64,000 bases of DNA from Chitinophagales bacterium (GCA_044227505.1 JBGAWP010000005.1:22947-86946); one strand, 5' to 3'; counted from the first letter of the stretch, positions 50,793 to 60,620 are shown. Notes: generated by a model from the letters alone, not told the origin. Made by a program: numbers and translations.

Positions 50793-51010
50793 CCCATTTG
50801 CTAATTATACCATTTGTTAATTTGTCAGCCGCTCCCTACCTTGGTTTCTAAAATATTCAGGTGTTCCGTTAACCGGCTGTTTCATTATCAATTGTCAATT
50901 ATCAATTGTCAATTTTTTTCGGCTGTTCATTTGTACATCGGTACATTTATTTGGCTGTTCATTTGTACATCGGTACATTTATTTGGCTGTTCATCGGAAC
51001 ATTGGTACAT
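50793..51010. repeat. Repeat cluster: TTTGCTAA arm, ATTATCA/ATTGTCA heptamers, 32-bp GGCTGTTCAT..GTACAT tandem
   Basis: cccatttgctaatt (50793-50806); attatcaattgtcaattatcaattgtca; ggctgttcatttgtacatcggtacatttattt x2 plus a variant copy ending at the purF stop. Confidence 0.85.
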
Positions 51011-52909
51011 TCAATAAGCGCGTACATCTTTCTTCTCCACAAAATTCATAAACGCCTTATTCGCAACCTTATTTCCACCCGGAGTAGGGTAGTTTCCGGT
51101 AAAATACCAATCGCCTAAATTTTTTGGTACTGCAAGATGGAGATTGTCTACAGTTTGATAAATAACTGCAACCTCTGCTTTTATTGTTGGAGCTTTTACG
51201 ATCTCAGCAATTTTATTGGAAATTTGTTCTTCGGTAAATTGATCGTAGAGTTTTTTTACTGCGTTGTAGGTTTTTTCGTTGGGTAATTTATTTACTTTTT
51301 TACATTCTTCGTAAACTTCATTTACCATATGTTCTTTGCCGGCTTCTTTTAATAATTCCATCATTGCACGGAATGCTACAAAATCGCCCATTTTACTCAT
51401 GTCAATTCCGTAACAATCGGGATAACGAATTTGCGGTGCGGAAGAAACTATAATTATTTTTTTAGGATGTAATCTGTCTAAAATTGCAATGATACTTTGA
51501 CGCAATGTTGTTCCCCTTACAATAGAATCATCCAGCAAAACGATGGTGTCCTTGCTATCTGTAACCTGTCCATAAGTTACATCATATACATGGCTCACAA
51601 GATCAGTTCTGTCGTGATCGTTGGTGATAAATGTGCGAAGCTTTACATCTTTTAACGCGAGTTTTTCCACGCGCGGTCGCAGACTTAATATTTTCTGAAT
51701 GGCTTCAATATTTTTGTTGCCATTTAATTTATTTATTTCTTCTGCTTTGTGATGTGCAAGATGTTCTTCTATGCCTTTTATTAATCCGTAAAATGCAATT
51801 TCAGCGGTATTTGGGATGAATGAAAAAATTGTATTTTCAAAATCGTAATTAACAGCTTTTAAAACTTTATCTGTCAATACACGTCCAAGATTTTTTCTTT
51901 CCTCATAGATCTCTTTATCATTTCCTCTGGAGAAATAAATTCTTTCAAATGAACAGGAAAGTTTTTCAGCTTGTGGCCGGCACATTGCTTCACGAACTGT
52001 TCCTTTCTTTTTAATGATCAATGCATGTCCGGGAGTTAATTCCTTTACTGCATCAAAAGGAACATCAAAGGTTGTCATTATTGCAGGTCGTTCGCTGGCA
52101 GCAACCACCACTTCATCATCCTGATAATAATATAAAGGTCGAATACCATTTGGATCGCGCATTACAAATGCATCTCCGTGTCCAAACATGCCTGTCATTG
52201 CATATCCGCCTTCAAAATCTTTGGAAGAGCGGGCTAAAATTCTCTGTACATCCAGATCGCTCGCAATTAATTGCGTTAAAGTTTTGTTGTCGTGATACTC
52301 CTTTCTCTCATCAAATAAATTCTGCACTTCATCATCTAAAAAATGACCAATTTTTTCCATTACCGTAACGGTATCTACAAATTGTGTCGGATGCTGCCCT
52401 AATTCCAGTAATTGCTGAAACAATTCATCGTTATTTACCATATTAAAATTACCGGCGAGCACAAGATTTCTTGTCATCCAGTTATTTTCGCGAACAAATG
52501 GATGGCAACTATCGATATCATTTCTTCCATAAGTTCCGTAACGCAAATGTCCCATTAAAACCTCACCGGTAAAGGGCACATTTTTTTTCATCCATTCGGT
52601 ATTATTATAGAGTTCCGGATTTTTTTTCTGGATCTTCCGTGTTTTTTTAAAAATATCCTCGAAAATATCTTTAATGGCAGTTGGAGAAATACTTCTTCTT
52701 CTGTCCAAAAACTTATAACCCGGCGCCAGATCTATTTTAATTGTTGCAATACCTGCTCCATCCTGTCCACGATTATGCTCCTTTTCCATGAGGAGATACA
52801 ATTTATTTAAACCGTACAATGGAGTTCCATATTTTTTATGGTAGTAGGAGAGTGGCTTTAATAATCGAATGAGGGCAATGCCGCATTCATGCTTAATGTT
52901 ATCGCTCAC
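51011..52909 (-). CDS. purF: Amidophosphoribosyltransferase (Bacteroidota long form)
   Basis: HECGIA N-terminus, HNRGQDGAG, DDSIVRGTT, CYGIDM. GTG start. Confidence 0.93.
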   Translation of the reverse strand: MSDNIKHECGIALIRLLKPLSYYHKKYGTPLYGLNKLYLLMEKEHNRGQDGAGIATIKIDLAPGYKFLDRRRSISPTAIKDIFEDIFKKTRKIQKKNPELYNNTEWMKKNVPFTGEVLMGHLRYGTYGRNDIDSCHPFVRENNWMTRNLVLAGNFNMVNNDELFQQLLELGQHPTQFVDTVTVMEKIGHFLDDEVQNLFDERKEYHDNKTLTQLIASDLDVQRILARSSKDFEGGYAMTGMFGHGDAFVMRDPNGIRPLYYYQDDEVVVAASERPAIMTTFDVPFDAVKELTPGHALIIKKKGTVREAMCRPQAEKLSCSFERIYFSRGNDKEIYEERKNLGRVLTDKVLKAVNYDFENTIFSFIPNTAEIAFYGLIKGIEEHLAHHKAEEINKLNGNKNIEAIQKILSLRPRVEKLALKDVKLRTFITNDHDRTDLVSHVYDVTYGQVTDSKDTIVLLDDSIVRGTTLRQSIIAILDRLHPKKIIIVSSAPQIRYPDCYGIDMSKMGDFVAFRAMMELLKEAGKEHMVNEVYEECKKVNKLPNEKTYNAVKKLYDQFTEEQISNKIAEIVKAPTIKAEVAVIYQTVDNLHLAVPKNLGDWYFTGNYPTPGGNKVANKAFMNFVEKKDVRAY

Positions 52910-52932
52910 GAAATATTTTTATTTCTGAAGTG

Positions 52933-52940
52933 CAAAGTTA
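52933..52940 (-). promoter_or_regulatory. -7 promoter element of purF
   Basis: TAACTTTG(CA) on the minus strand. Confidence 0.6.
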
Positions 52941-52982
52941 CTTAATAAGTAGGAGAAACCTCAATTGAAGAATTATGGTTCA

Positions 52983-53229
52983 AATTGTCAGGAGTCATTG
53001 GTCAGGAGTAAGAAAATCCGGCTTGCGTGGAGCATTCTCACCACTCCCTATTCACCACTCACCAATTGTCAGGAGTCATTAGTCAGGAGGAAAAAAATCC
53101 AGCTTACATGGAGCATTCTCACCACTCCCTACTCACCACTCACCAATTGTCAGGAGTCATTAGTCAGGAGGAAAAAAATCCGGCTTACATGGAGCATTCT
53201 CACCACTCCCTACTCACCACTCACCAATT
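52983..53229 (+). repeat. Three tandem 81-bp modular repeats
   Basis: Units start at 52983, 53064 and 53145: AATT-GTCAGGA GTCATTA GTCAGGA-core-CTCACCA CTCCCTA CTCACCA CTCACC; the array ends at the MoxR stop. Confidence 0.95.
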
Positions 53230-54194
53230 CATAACATCCCCCTGATCAGCTCATCCACCCCAATTCCATCCGCTTCCGCTTTGTAGTTGCGAACGATACG
53301 ATGGCGGAGAACGGGAAGCGCTACGGCTTTTACATCTTCAATGTCGGGAGAATATTTCCCGTTAATTGCAGCATTACATTTTGCACCGAGAACAAGGTAT
53401 TGTGAAGCTCGTGGTCCGGCACCCCAGCTTAAATATTGTGTTGCTTTTGCATCCGCATTTTTTGTGTTAGGTCTTGTTTTAGATGCCAGCAAAACGGCAT
53501 AATTCAAAACATTATCTGCAATGGGAATTCTTCTGATAACATGCTGATAATACATGATCTCTTCTGCGCCGATAATTTTATTTAATGTTGTTTTTTTATC
53601 CGAAGTGGTAGATTTTACAACTTCTATTTCTGCATCAAAATCAGGATAATCGAGATTTATCTCGAACATAAATCGGTCGAGTTGCGCTTCAGGTAAGGGA
53701 TAAGTTCCTTCCTGTTCAATCGGGTTTTGAGTTGCCAGAACGAAAAATGGTAATTCCAGTTTATGTAAAGTTCCACCTATGGTTACATTTTTTTCCTGCA
53801 TTGCCTCTAATAAAGCAGCTTGTGTTTTAGGCGGAGTTCTGTTGATCTCATCTGCCAAAATAATATTTGCAAATACAGGTCCTTTTATAAATTTAAATGT
53901 TCTGTTCTCATCCAATATCTCATTTCCGGTAATATCGCTCGGCATAAGATCGGGAGTGAACTGGATGCGTTTGAAGGAAAGATGTAGAACATCTGCAATG
54001 GTTTTTATCAATAATGTTTTTGCCAATCCCGGAACTCCAACCAATAAACTGTGACCATCTGAAAAAATACTTAATAATACTTTTTGCACCACATCATCTT
54101 GACCTATTATTACTTTTCCAATTTCAGCCTTTAATGACTTGAAATCGGCAGCAAGTGAGTCAATAGCTTCCACATCGTTTTTAAATTCTTTCAT
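53229..54194 (-). CDS. MoxR family AAA+ ATPase (PPIase-operon associated)
   Basis: GVPGLAKT, RIQFTPDLMPSD, DEINRTPPKTQ. Confidence 0.95.
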   Translation of the reverse strand: MKEFKNDVEAIDSLAADFKSLKAEIGKVIIGQDDVVQKVLLSIFSDGHSLLVGVPGLAKTLLIKTIADVLHLSFKRIQFTPDLMPSDITGNEILDENRTFKFIKGPVFANIILADEINRTPPKTQAALLEAMQEKNVTIGGTLHKLELPFFVLATQNPIEQEGTYPLPEAQLDRFMFEINLDYPDFDAEIEVVKSTTSDKKTTLNKIIGAEEIMYYQHVIRRIPIADNVLNYAVLLASKTRPNTKNADAKATQYLSWGAGPRASQYLVLGAKCNAAINGKYSPDIEDVKAVALPVLRHRIVRNYKAEADGIGVDELIRGML

Positions 54195-54263
54195 ACTGGT
54201 ATTTTAAACAAAACAATATAATTTTCAGGACCTAAAAAAATAATTAACAGGTTATAACATTCA

Positions 54264-55592
54264 TTATTTTTCTGCAGTATCTATCAATTCATGTAATTCT
54301 TTACAATCGTTATAAGCCGGATCAATTTTGATATATTCCTTTTGTGCTTTTTCAGCTACCCACTCGCTCATTACTGCAATCTGTTTTCTTGATAATGTTG
54401 CATTTTGCAATTTTGCATAATCGTCTTTTAAATTAACTACATGCGGAGCTGTTTGTGCATCCAAACGAACTATGCGCAATGCCTTTTTGCTGTCGGCCGT
54501 TGTGTAAGGCAAAATTCCCGACAACTCTCCCGGCTTTAAATTTTCAATGGAATAGTAATCATCCGGTGCTAATTCTGAAATTTCAAAGGTTGACTCTCCT
54601 GATTGCTGATTAACCATAACGCCGCAGGTGCGATTTGTATTTTCATCGTTGGAATATTTTTTCACAGCTTCACAAAAAGTTATTTTGCCCGACATGATCT
54701 CTGCTCTGATACTATCTAATTTTTTATTAGCGGCAACAAAATTGAGATTTGTAACGGGAGGCTGAATTAATATATGGCGTAAACAGGCTTTTTCTCCTTG
54801 CCTGCTTTCCATTTTAATAATGTGATAACCAAATTGTGTTTCTACCACTTCTGAAATCTCTCCGGGTTTTAATTTAAATGCTGCTGCAGAAAATTCTGTA
54901 ACATATTTTTCGCGCGGTGCACATCCCAAGTCTCCGCAATTATCATCGGAAGCATAAAAACTCGCAAGGGTGCAAAAATCTTCCCCAGCCAATATTCGTT
55001 TTCTGATATCTTCTGCTTTATCTTTTGCAATTTGTTTTTGTTCTGCATTTGCTTTTGGAACAATTACGAGTTGCGAATATTCCACCTCGGCATTTATAAG
55101 CGGAAGTGAATCTTTTGGAATACTGTTATAAAATTCTTTTACTTCACTTGGAGAAACCGACATACTTCCGAATATAGATTCCTGCATACGTTGTATCAAT
55201 AATAAATTGCGCACATCATCTCTAAACTCTTCTTTTATTTCCTGTACCGACTTGCCATAAAATTCTTCCATTTTTTCCTGAGAGCCGAAAAGGTTTTCGA
55301 AATATCGGATACGGTTATCAATATTGTTTTCCACCTCATCCTCTGTAATTTCAATACTGTCTTTTGCAGCCTGGATTAACATCAGTTTTTGAGTGATCAG
55401 CTCCTGCATAATACGACAGCGATAATCATCTGCAACATCACCTTTTTGTAATTCCTCATAATAAAAGGATTCTATTTCACTCATTAAAATGATCTTGTCT
55501 CCAACTTGCCCCACTATTTTATCTATAAGAGGTTGAGCGAAACTACTTGAAACCCAAGTAAATGCAAGTAGTAAAAAAAATATTTTTTTCAT
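54264..55592 (-). CDS. SurA-like parvulin peptidylprolyl isomerase
   Basis: IDKIVGQVGD N-domain; EFSAAAFKLKPGEISEVVETQFGYHII. Confidence 0.85.
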   Translation of the reverse strand: MKKIFFLLLAFTWVSSSFAQPLIDKIVGQVGDKIILMSEIESFYYEELQKGDVADDYRCRIMQELITQKLMLIQAAKDSIEITEDEVENNIDNRIRYFENLFGSQEKMEEFYGKSVQEIKEEFRDDVRNLLLIQRMQESIFGSMSVSPSEVKEFYNSIPKDSLPLINAEVEYSQLVIVPKANAEQKQIAKDKAEDIRKRILAGEDFCTLASFYASDDNCGDLGCAPREKYVTEFSAAAFKLKPGEISEVVETQFGYHIIKMESRQGEKACLRHILIQPPVTNLNFVAANKKLDSIRAEIMSGKITFCEAVKKYSNDENTNRTCGVMVNQQSGESTFEISELAPDDYYSIENLKPGELSGILPYTTADSKKALRIVRLDAQTAPHVVNLKDDYAKLQNATLSRKQIAVMSEWVAEKAQKEYIKIDPAYNDCKELHELIDTAEK

Positions 55593-56449
55593 TCTGCTTT
55601 TTTTATAAATTCTGCGTTATTGCGTTTTATTCCTTCGAGGTAAATTTGTTGATAGGTATTATTTATCAACTCCATTTTCCTTTTATTGATAATGATATCT
55701 TTTATTCCTTCTTTATAATATTCGAAGGGAGCGGTATTCCCTGAAATATAATAATCTTCTACTTTTACAAAATATTTATCCTGTGCATCCGAATAATAAA
55801 CTGGTCCTTTTGTTCTGAACTTTCCATCCGCATACATATTATAGGGTAAAAGTTTAAACAGATCGTCTTCATTCAGCCATACATCAGAATTCAGGGAAAA
55901 CAGGTTGCAATTTGAAGCACAATAACGCTCAAGTTCATACCGATATTTTTCTATACCCCTGGAAAACCAAAATTGAATGGAATCAGCTGTTTTATTTGTT
56001 GCCGGGGTAACTGCATAAGCCAATTTATAGATATCGCCTTTGAGAATAAAGTCTTTGCTGTTTTGTTCGAAATAGATTTTAAGTGAGTCTTCTGCAACCA
56101 GGGTGTCGAGATTTTCAGCTAACCATTGTTTTTCGTATGCATAAATGATAAGCGATTCCTTGTATGCCTGTGCTTGTTTGTTGATCTCTCCAACGGTGGC
56201 CTGTAAATTATCTTCAGCAACTTTAAGGATAAGATTTTGACGTACCCAATTGTCGATATATTCGTTAATTATTCTTGCACTATCCTCTTTGCTTGTATTT
56301 TCATTTATCAAGCCCTGCACTTCGTTGACATAAAGATATTTATCGTACACTCTTGCCAGTGGTTCCCGGTCTTCTTCCACTGTATTTTTTTTACAACCGG
56401 GAACCACTGCGCATATTAAAAGTGCTATGAATATATTTTTAACAGGCAA
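55589..56449 (-). CDS. Lipoprotein, PPIase-operon SurA-N-like protein
   Basis: Lipobox VPGC; LARVYDKYLY; IIINKRK. Confidence 0.7.
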   Translation of the reverse strand: MPVKNIFIALLICAVVPGCKKNTVEEDREPLARVYDKYLYVNEVQGLINENTSKEDSARIINEYIDNWVRQNLILKVAEDNLQATVGEINKQAQAYKESLIIYAYEKQWLAENLDTLVAEDSLKIYFEQNSKDFILKGDIYKLAYAVTPATNKTADSIQFWFSRGIEKYRYELERYCASNCNLFSLNSDVWLNEDDLFKLLPYNMYADGKFRTKGPVYYSDAQDKYFVKVEDYYISGNTAPFEYYKEGIKDIIINKRKMELINNTYQQIYLEGIKRNNAEFIKKAE

Positions 56450-56450
56450 T

Positions 56451-58418
56451 TTATTTTACCATTGAATTAAATACTTTCTGATCGATATTTACTGGATATT
56501 TTTTGTGTAATTCTGCAATCCATTGTTTTTCTAATTCATCCTGGTAGGCAGAGATCACATAACCACGTGCTTCATCCAATGTTTTATTTGTTGGTGCAAC
56601 CACTTTGCGCAACACAACAAAAGTGATTGACCCATTTGCATTTAAAATATCTTCACCACTACCTGGTTTTTTGTTCAATTTGTCAACGTTTGTATCCTGA
56701 CCGGGTAAAAATAAGGCGCTTTTTATAGTAACTAATTCGGTGGAATCAGTATTGTATTGGGCCATGATATCTTTATCAGAGGTATTTTTGGAAGCCAATT
56801 TTCTTACCTCTTTTGCAATTTTTGGATCTGCACAGGTATATACACTTGCATCAACTCTTTCTTCCCACATGTATTCGCTTTTGTGTTGTTCGTAGTAATT
56901 TTTTAAACCTACGGAATCAGTTGATCCTTTTGACCATATTTTGCGTTCAAGCATTGCAAATAATGGCAATCCGTCGCGATATTCCTGCAATAATCTTTTA
57001 AAATCAATATTGCGTTCAGAAAGATCGTATTCAATAATAGTTTGCTCCATTGCAGTGGTATAAAGTTTATTGTATTTTTCCTCTATATTCTTATCTCGTG
57101 AACTGCGTTGATTAATATCGAGATAAGAAGCCATGTCTTGTTGTGTAAAAGATTTACTTCCAATGGTGAACATGGTCTTATTCATATTTGCTGCCCTGCT
57201 CATGCTCCAGTTATTTTTAATAAAACTGGAATCTAATAGAACCAACATTTCGTTTTTTGCGACCTGATTTTCTGTGAAAGCATATTTTGTTTTTGCTTTT
57301 TCCACAAACTCATTTCGCAGTGTTTTATATTCAGCTGATTTTTCAATTTTGCTTTTTAATTCTTCCTTCATTTCATCATAAGATCCGTTTGGTTTTTTTT
57401 CAAGGAGTTTAATTATGTGCCAACCGAATGCAGTTTGAACAACATTTGAAATATCACCTGGATTTTTCAGGGCAAAAGCAGCCTCTTGAAAAGGCATTAC
57501 CATTTTACCTGTTGTAAATGCTTCTAATTTTCCACCATTTGCAGAACTGGTTTTATCTTCTGAATATGTTTGTGCCATTTCTTCAAAATCTGCACCTGCT
57601 TTAATTACGGATAAAATACTGTCTGCTTTGGCTTTTGCTTTTGCTATATCTTCCGGTTTTGCATCTTTTCCCGTTTTTATCAGAATGTGTGCAACAGTTA
57701 CCGTACCCGATGCAGGGCGTTCTTTGGCAACTTTTATAATATGGTAACCAAATTTAGTTTTAACAACCGGTGAAAATGTGCCCGGTGCAAGTGAGAATGC
57801 GGTATTTTCAAAATTCATATCGGGGATCTGACCAGATGTTATCCAACCAACCAGTCCGGGGTCGTTAGGATTATTTTTATCAGCAGAAATTTCAGCTGCA
57901 ATTTTACCAAAATCTTCCCCTTTCATTAAACGATCGTGGGCTGCAGTCAACTTCGCAATTGCTGCGGTGCTATCTGCTCCTTTTTGTGCGGGATCCAAAG
58001 TTACCATGATATGGTAAACCAAACGCTCCGATTGCAAACGATTATACATACGAACTGCAGCGGGTTCCAATACTTCTTTATCAAAATTGGATTTGATCAG
58101 CTGATCACCATATTTTTGAAGTTCTTCTCTAACCTTTTCAGTAGTATCAATCTTTTCAGCTCTTGCTTCTGTTACTTTCAATTTAAAATTGATATACAGA
58201 TCGAGATATTCGTTTAAACTTTCTTTAGAAAAATCATTTTGTTTATCGGGGTTGTTCTTTTTGTAAACATAAAGGAACTCCTCTTTTGTTACCGGCTGGC
58301 CATTTACTGTAAAAAGCACTTCATTATTGGAACCGGTTTTTCCATTTTGGCCAAACGCCGATGTCGCAGACACCAACCCTATCAACAGGAACAGGGTTTT
58401 AAAAACTTTCATTTGCAT
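56451..58418 (-). CDS. Two-parvulin-domain peptidylprolyl isomerase
   Basis: EFLYVYKKN, two rotamase domains (FGYHIIK, FGWHIIK), EYRDGL.LF. Confidence 0.9.
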   Translation of the reverse strand: MQMKVFKTLFLLIGLVSATSAFGQNGKTGSNNEVLFTVNGQPVTKEEFLYVYKKNNPDKQNDFSKESLNEYLDLYINFKLKVTEARAEKIDTTEKVREELQKYGDQLIKSNFDKEVLEPAAVRMYNRLQSERLVYHIMVTLDPAQKGADSTAAIAKLTAAHDRLMKGEDFGKIAAEISADKNNPNDPGLVGWITSGQIPDMNFENTAFSLAPGTFSPVVKTKFGYHIIKVAKERPASGTVTVAHILIKTGKDAKPEDIAKAKAKADSILSVIKAGADFEEMAQTYSEDKTSSANGGKLEAFTTGKMVMPFQEAAFALKNPGDISNVVQTAFGWHIIKLLEKKPNGSYDEMKEELKSKIEKSAEYKTLRNEFVEKAKTKYAFTENQVAKNEMLVLLDSSFIKNNWSMSRAANMNKTMFTIGSKSFTQQDMASYLDINQRSSRDKNIEEKYNKLYTTAMEQTIIEYDLSERNIDFKRLLQEYRDGLPLFAMLERKIWSKGSTDSVGLKNYYEQHKSEYMWEERVDASVYTCADPKIAKEVRKLASKNTSDKDIMAQYNTDSTELVTIKSALFLPGQDTNVDKLNKKPGSGEDILNANGSITFVVLRKVVAPTNKTLDEARGYVISAYQDELEKQWIAELHKKYPVNIDQKVFNSMVK

Positions 58419-58463
58419 ATGTGGTAAGTTGATTTTTGTTTATCTGGTGAATTAAAAGGATTG

Positions 58464-58471
58464 CAAAGCTA
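58464..58471 (-). promoter_or_regulatory. -7 promoter element of the PPIase operon
   Basis: TAGCTTTG(CA) on the minus strand; a divergent TAATTTTG at 58600-58607 precedes slyD. Confidence 0.55.
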
Positions 58472-58629
58472 ATGATTATTGGGTTTTGAACAATAATAAG
58501 GGTTGATTTTATTGCATTTGGGTTTCAATTGGCAATTTTTCTTTCGTTAAAACCGCCACTCAACAGCAAAAATCATGCTTCAAATACTCAGATTATCATT
58601 AATTTTGAGGCTTTAACAAATTTTATTGT

Positions 58630-59136
58630 ATGTCAATTGCAAAAAACAAGGTAATATCGCTTACCTACGAACTGCGCGAAGATAACGCAGACGGCGACCT
58701 GATCGAAGTTGTGAACGCTGATCAGCCATTTGTATTTTTATTCGGTGCAGGCGGTTTATTACCGGAGTTTGAAACCAACCTGGAAGGTAAAACTGTTGGA
58801 AGCCTTTTTGAATTTCAGATCGCTTCGGCAAATGCTTATGGCGAATTTGACGATACTGCCTTGGAATACGTTCCTAAGGATATTTTTATGATTGATGGTC
58901 AGATTGCTGATGACCTTCTTCAAATTGATAAGGTGATAAACCTCCGCGATCAAGGCGGAAACCTGATACGTGCAAGAGTTGCAGAAGTTGGCGAAACGGA
59001 GGTTCTGCTTGACTTTAACCATCCTTTAGCCGGTGTTAATCTATGTTTCAAGGGAGAAATTTTGGAGATCAGAGATGCTTCTCCGGAAGAATTGGAACAT
59101 GGTCATGTTCACGGTCCGGGTGGACACCATCATTAA
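58630..59136 (+). CDS. slyD: FKBP-type PPIase SlyD
   Basis: DFNHPLAG; His-rich tail EELEHGHVHGPGGHHH. Confidence 0.9.
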   Translation: MSIAKNKVISLTYELREDNADGDLIEVVNADQPFVFLFGAGGLLPEFETNLEGKTVGSLFEFQIASANAYGEFDDTALEYVPKDIFMIDGQIADDLLQIDKVINLRDQGGNLIRARVAEVGETEVLLDFNHPLAGVNLCFKGEILEIRDASPEELEHGHVHGPGGHHH

Positions 59137-59150
59137 GATTCGAAGAATCG

Positions 59151-59263
59151 AAGGGTAGGGGTCTAAGGGTGAAAAAGGAAGGAAGGGTTGAGAAAGGTTA
59201 AAAAAGGAGGGTCTTTATGCCCCGAACCCAGAACCCCGAACCCAGAACTCAGAACCCCGAACA
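59151..59263. repeat. Repeat-armed spacer: G-rich left arm, CCCGAAC/CCAGAAC heptamer x6 right arm
   Basis: gaagggtaggggt...gggttgagaaaggtt ... cccgaac ccagaac cccgaac ccagaac tcagaac cccgaac. Confidence 0.8.
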
Positions 59264-59268
59264 TTGTT

Positions 59269-60060
59269 TTACAAACTCGCCGTCCTCCCCCCATCAACAG
59301 GCAAATTTATCCCATTGATATAACCGGCAGCAGGAGAGCACAAAAAGGCTACGGCATTAGCCACTTCATTTGCTTCGCCGAAACGTTTCATGGGAATTTC
59401 TTCAATCATTTTTTGCTCAACCTCTTCCGGGTTTGCATTGTTTTTGGAAGCATTATTTTGAATTATTGCATTTAATCTTTCTGTTTTTGTGGCTCCGGGG
59501 AGGACGTTATTTACTGTAATATTGTATTGACCCACCTCTCCTGCAAGGGTTTTGGCCCAGTTGGCAACTGCCGCCCTGATTGTATTTGACACGCCGAGAT
59601 TAGGAATGGGAGTTTTAACGGAAGTTGAAATAATATTGATGATACGGCCATACTCTGCCTGTTTCATGCCTGGAATAACCGCCATTGCAAGAATGTGATT
59701 GCAAATAAGGTGTGCGTTGAAAGTGTTTAGAAATTGTTCTTCCAGGGCATCAGAAATTTTTCCTGCAGCCGGACCTCCTGTATTATTGATAAGTATATGA
59801 ACGGGTTTTTGATATTCCTCTAAAAAGCGCAAAACGTTTGCTTTCAACTCTTCGGGTTTGGAGAAATCAGAAACAAGAAATTGATGTTTTTGATCCATAT
59901 TGTCAGGTAACTCGGCAAGAACCACTTTTAATTTTTCACTATCGCGGGCAATCAGAATAATTTCAGCCCCCAATCCGGCAAGTTCCATTGCACATGCTTT
60001 TCCAATTCCCTGTGTGCTTCCACATACGATCGCGGTTTTATTTTCCAAACTGATATTCAT
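59269..60060 (-). CDS. Atypical SDR family oxidoreductase
   Basis: CGSTQGIG, NNTGGP; SNTIR in place of YxxxK; C-terminal VDGG. Confidence 0.9.
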   Translation of the reverse strand: MNISLENKTAIVCGSTQGIGKACAMELAGLGAEIILIARDSEKLKVVLAELPDNMDQKHQFLVSDFSKPEELKANVLRFLEEYQKPVHILINNTGGPAAGKISDALEEQFLNTFNAHLICNHILAMAVIPGMKQAEYGRIINIISTSVKTPIPNLGVSNTIRAAVANWAKTLAGEVGQYNITVNNVLPGATKTERLNAIIQNNASKNNANPEEVEQKMIEEIPMKRFGEANEVANAVAFLCSPAAGYINGINLPVDGGRTASL

Positions 60061-60101
60061 AATTCTTTATAAATTTACTTCAAAATTAAACAATCAAAGT
60101 T

Positions 60102-60620
60102 ATGGCAGTAGCAGCACCTTTTAATTTAAAAAAATGGATAGACGAAAATCGTCACTTATTAAAACCACCGGTTGGAAATCAGCAGGTATATAAAGCGAAT
60201 GAAGATTTTATTGTGATGGTGGTTGGCGGACCAAATGCGCGTAAGGATTTTCATTTTGAGGATGGGGAGGAATTATTTTATCAGGTGGAAGGAGATATCA
60301 CGGTTTGTATCCAGGAAGATGGAAAGGCGAGAAATATTGAAATTAAAGAGGGCGACATGTTTTTATTGCCGCCAAATGTTCCGCATTCACCTCGTCGTCC
60401 GGCAAATACCGTTGGTTTAGTTATTGAAAGATATCGCACTGAAAAGGAATTTGATGCATGTATGTGGTTTTGTGAAAAATGTAATACTAAATTACATGAG
60501 GAACATTTTCCATTAAAAGACATCGTAAATCAATTGCCACAGATCTTAAATAAATTTTATTTGGATGTTGATCTGCGCACTTGTAAAAATTGTGGAGCGG
60601 TGATGGAACCGCCGGTGTGA
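60102..60620 (+). CDS. nbaC: 3-hydroxyanthranilate 3,4-dioxygenase
   Basis: LKPPVGN, VGGPNARKDFH, EELFYQ, PHSPRR, two CxxC rubredoxin-like motifs. Confidence 0.95.
   Translation: MAVAAPFNLKKWIDENRHLLKPPVGNQQVYKANEDFIVMVVGGPNARKDFHFEDGEELFYQVEGDITVCIQEDGKARNIEIKEGDMFLLPPNVPHSPRRPANTVGLVIERYRTEKEFDACMWFCEKCNTKLHEEHFPLKDIVNQLPQILNKFYLDVDLRTCKNCGAVMEPPV

Noticed and set aside
51011-52909. Long PurF lacking the C-terminal Fe-S cysteines
   Set aside because: Consistent with the usual Bacteroidota form of about 630 aa.
52983-53229. CRISPR array
   Set aside because: The intervening segments are nearly identical to one another rather than unique spacers, and there are no cas genes in the window.
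52965-53245. Small ORFs (89 and 72 aa) over the 81-bp repeat
   Set aside because: Open only because the unit length is a multiple of three; the dispersed copies do not preserve frame.
21868-54194. Two MoxR ATPases as a novel duplication
   Set aside because: Bat-linked and PPIase-linked MoxR genes are both ordinary in Bacteroidota.
39480-59475. Short ORFs over heptamer tracts (39480-39683, 50814-51017, 50906-51118, 59188-59475)
   Set aside because: Translations are repeat artefacts (for example PEPRTPN) and overlap real genes.
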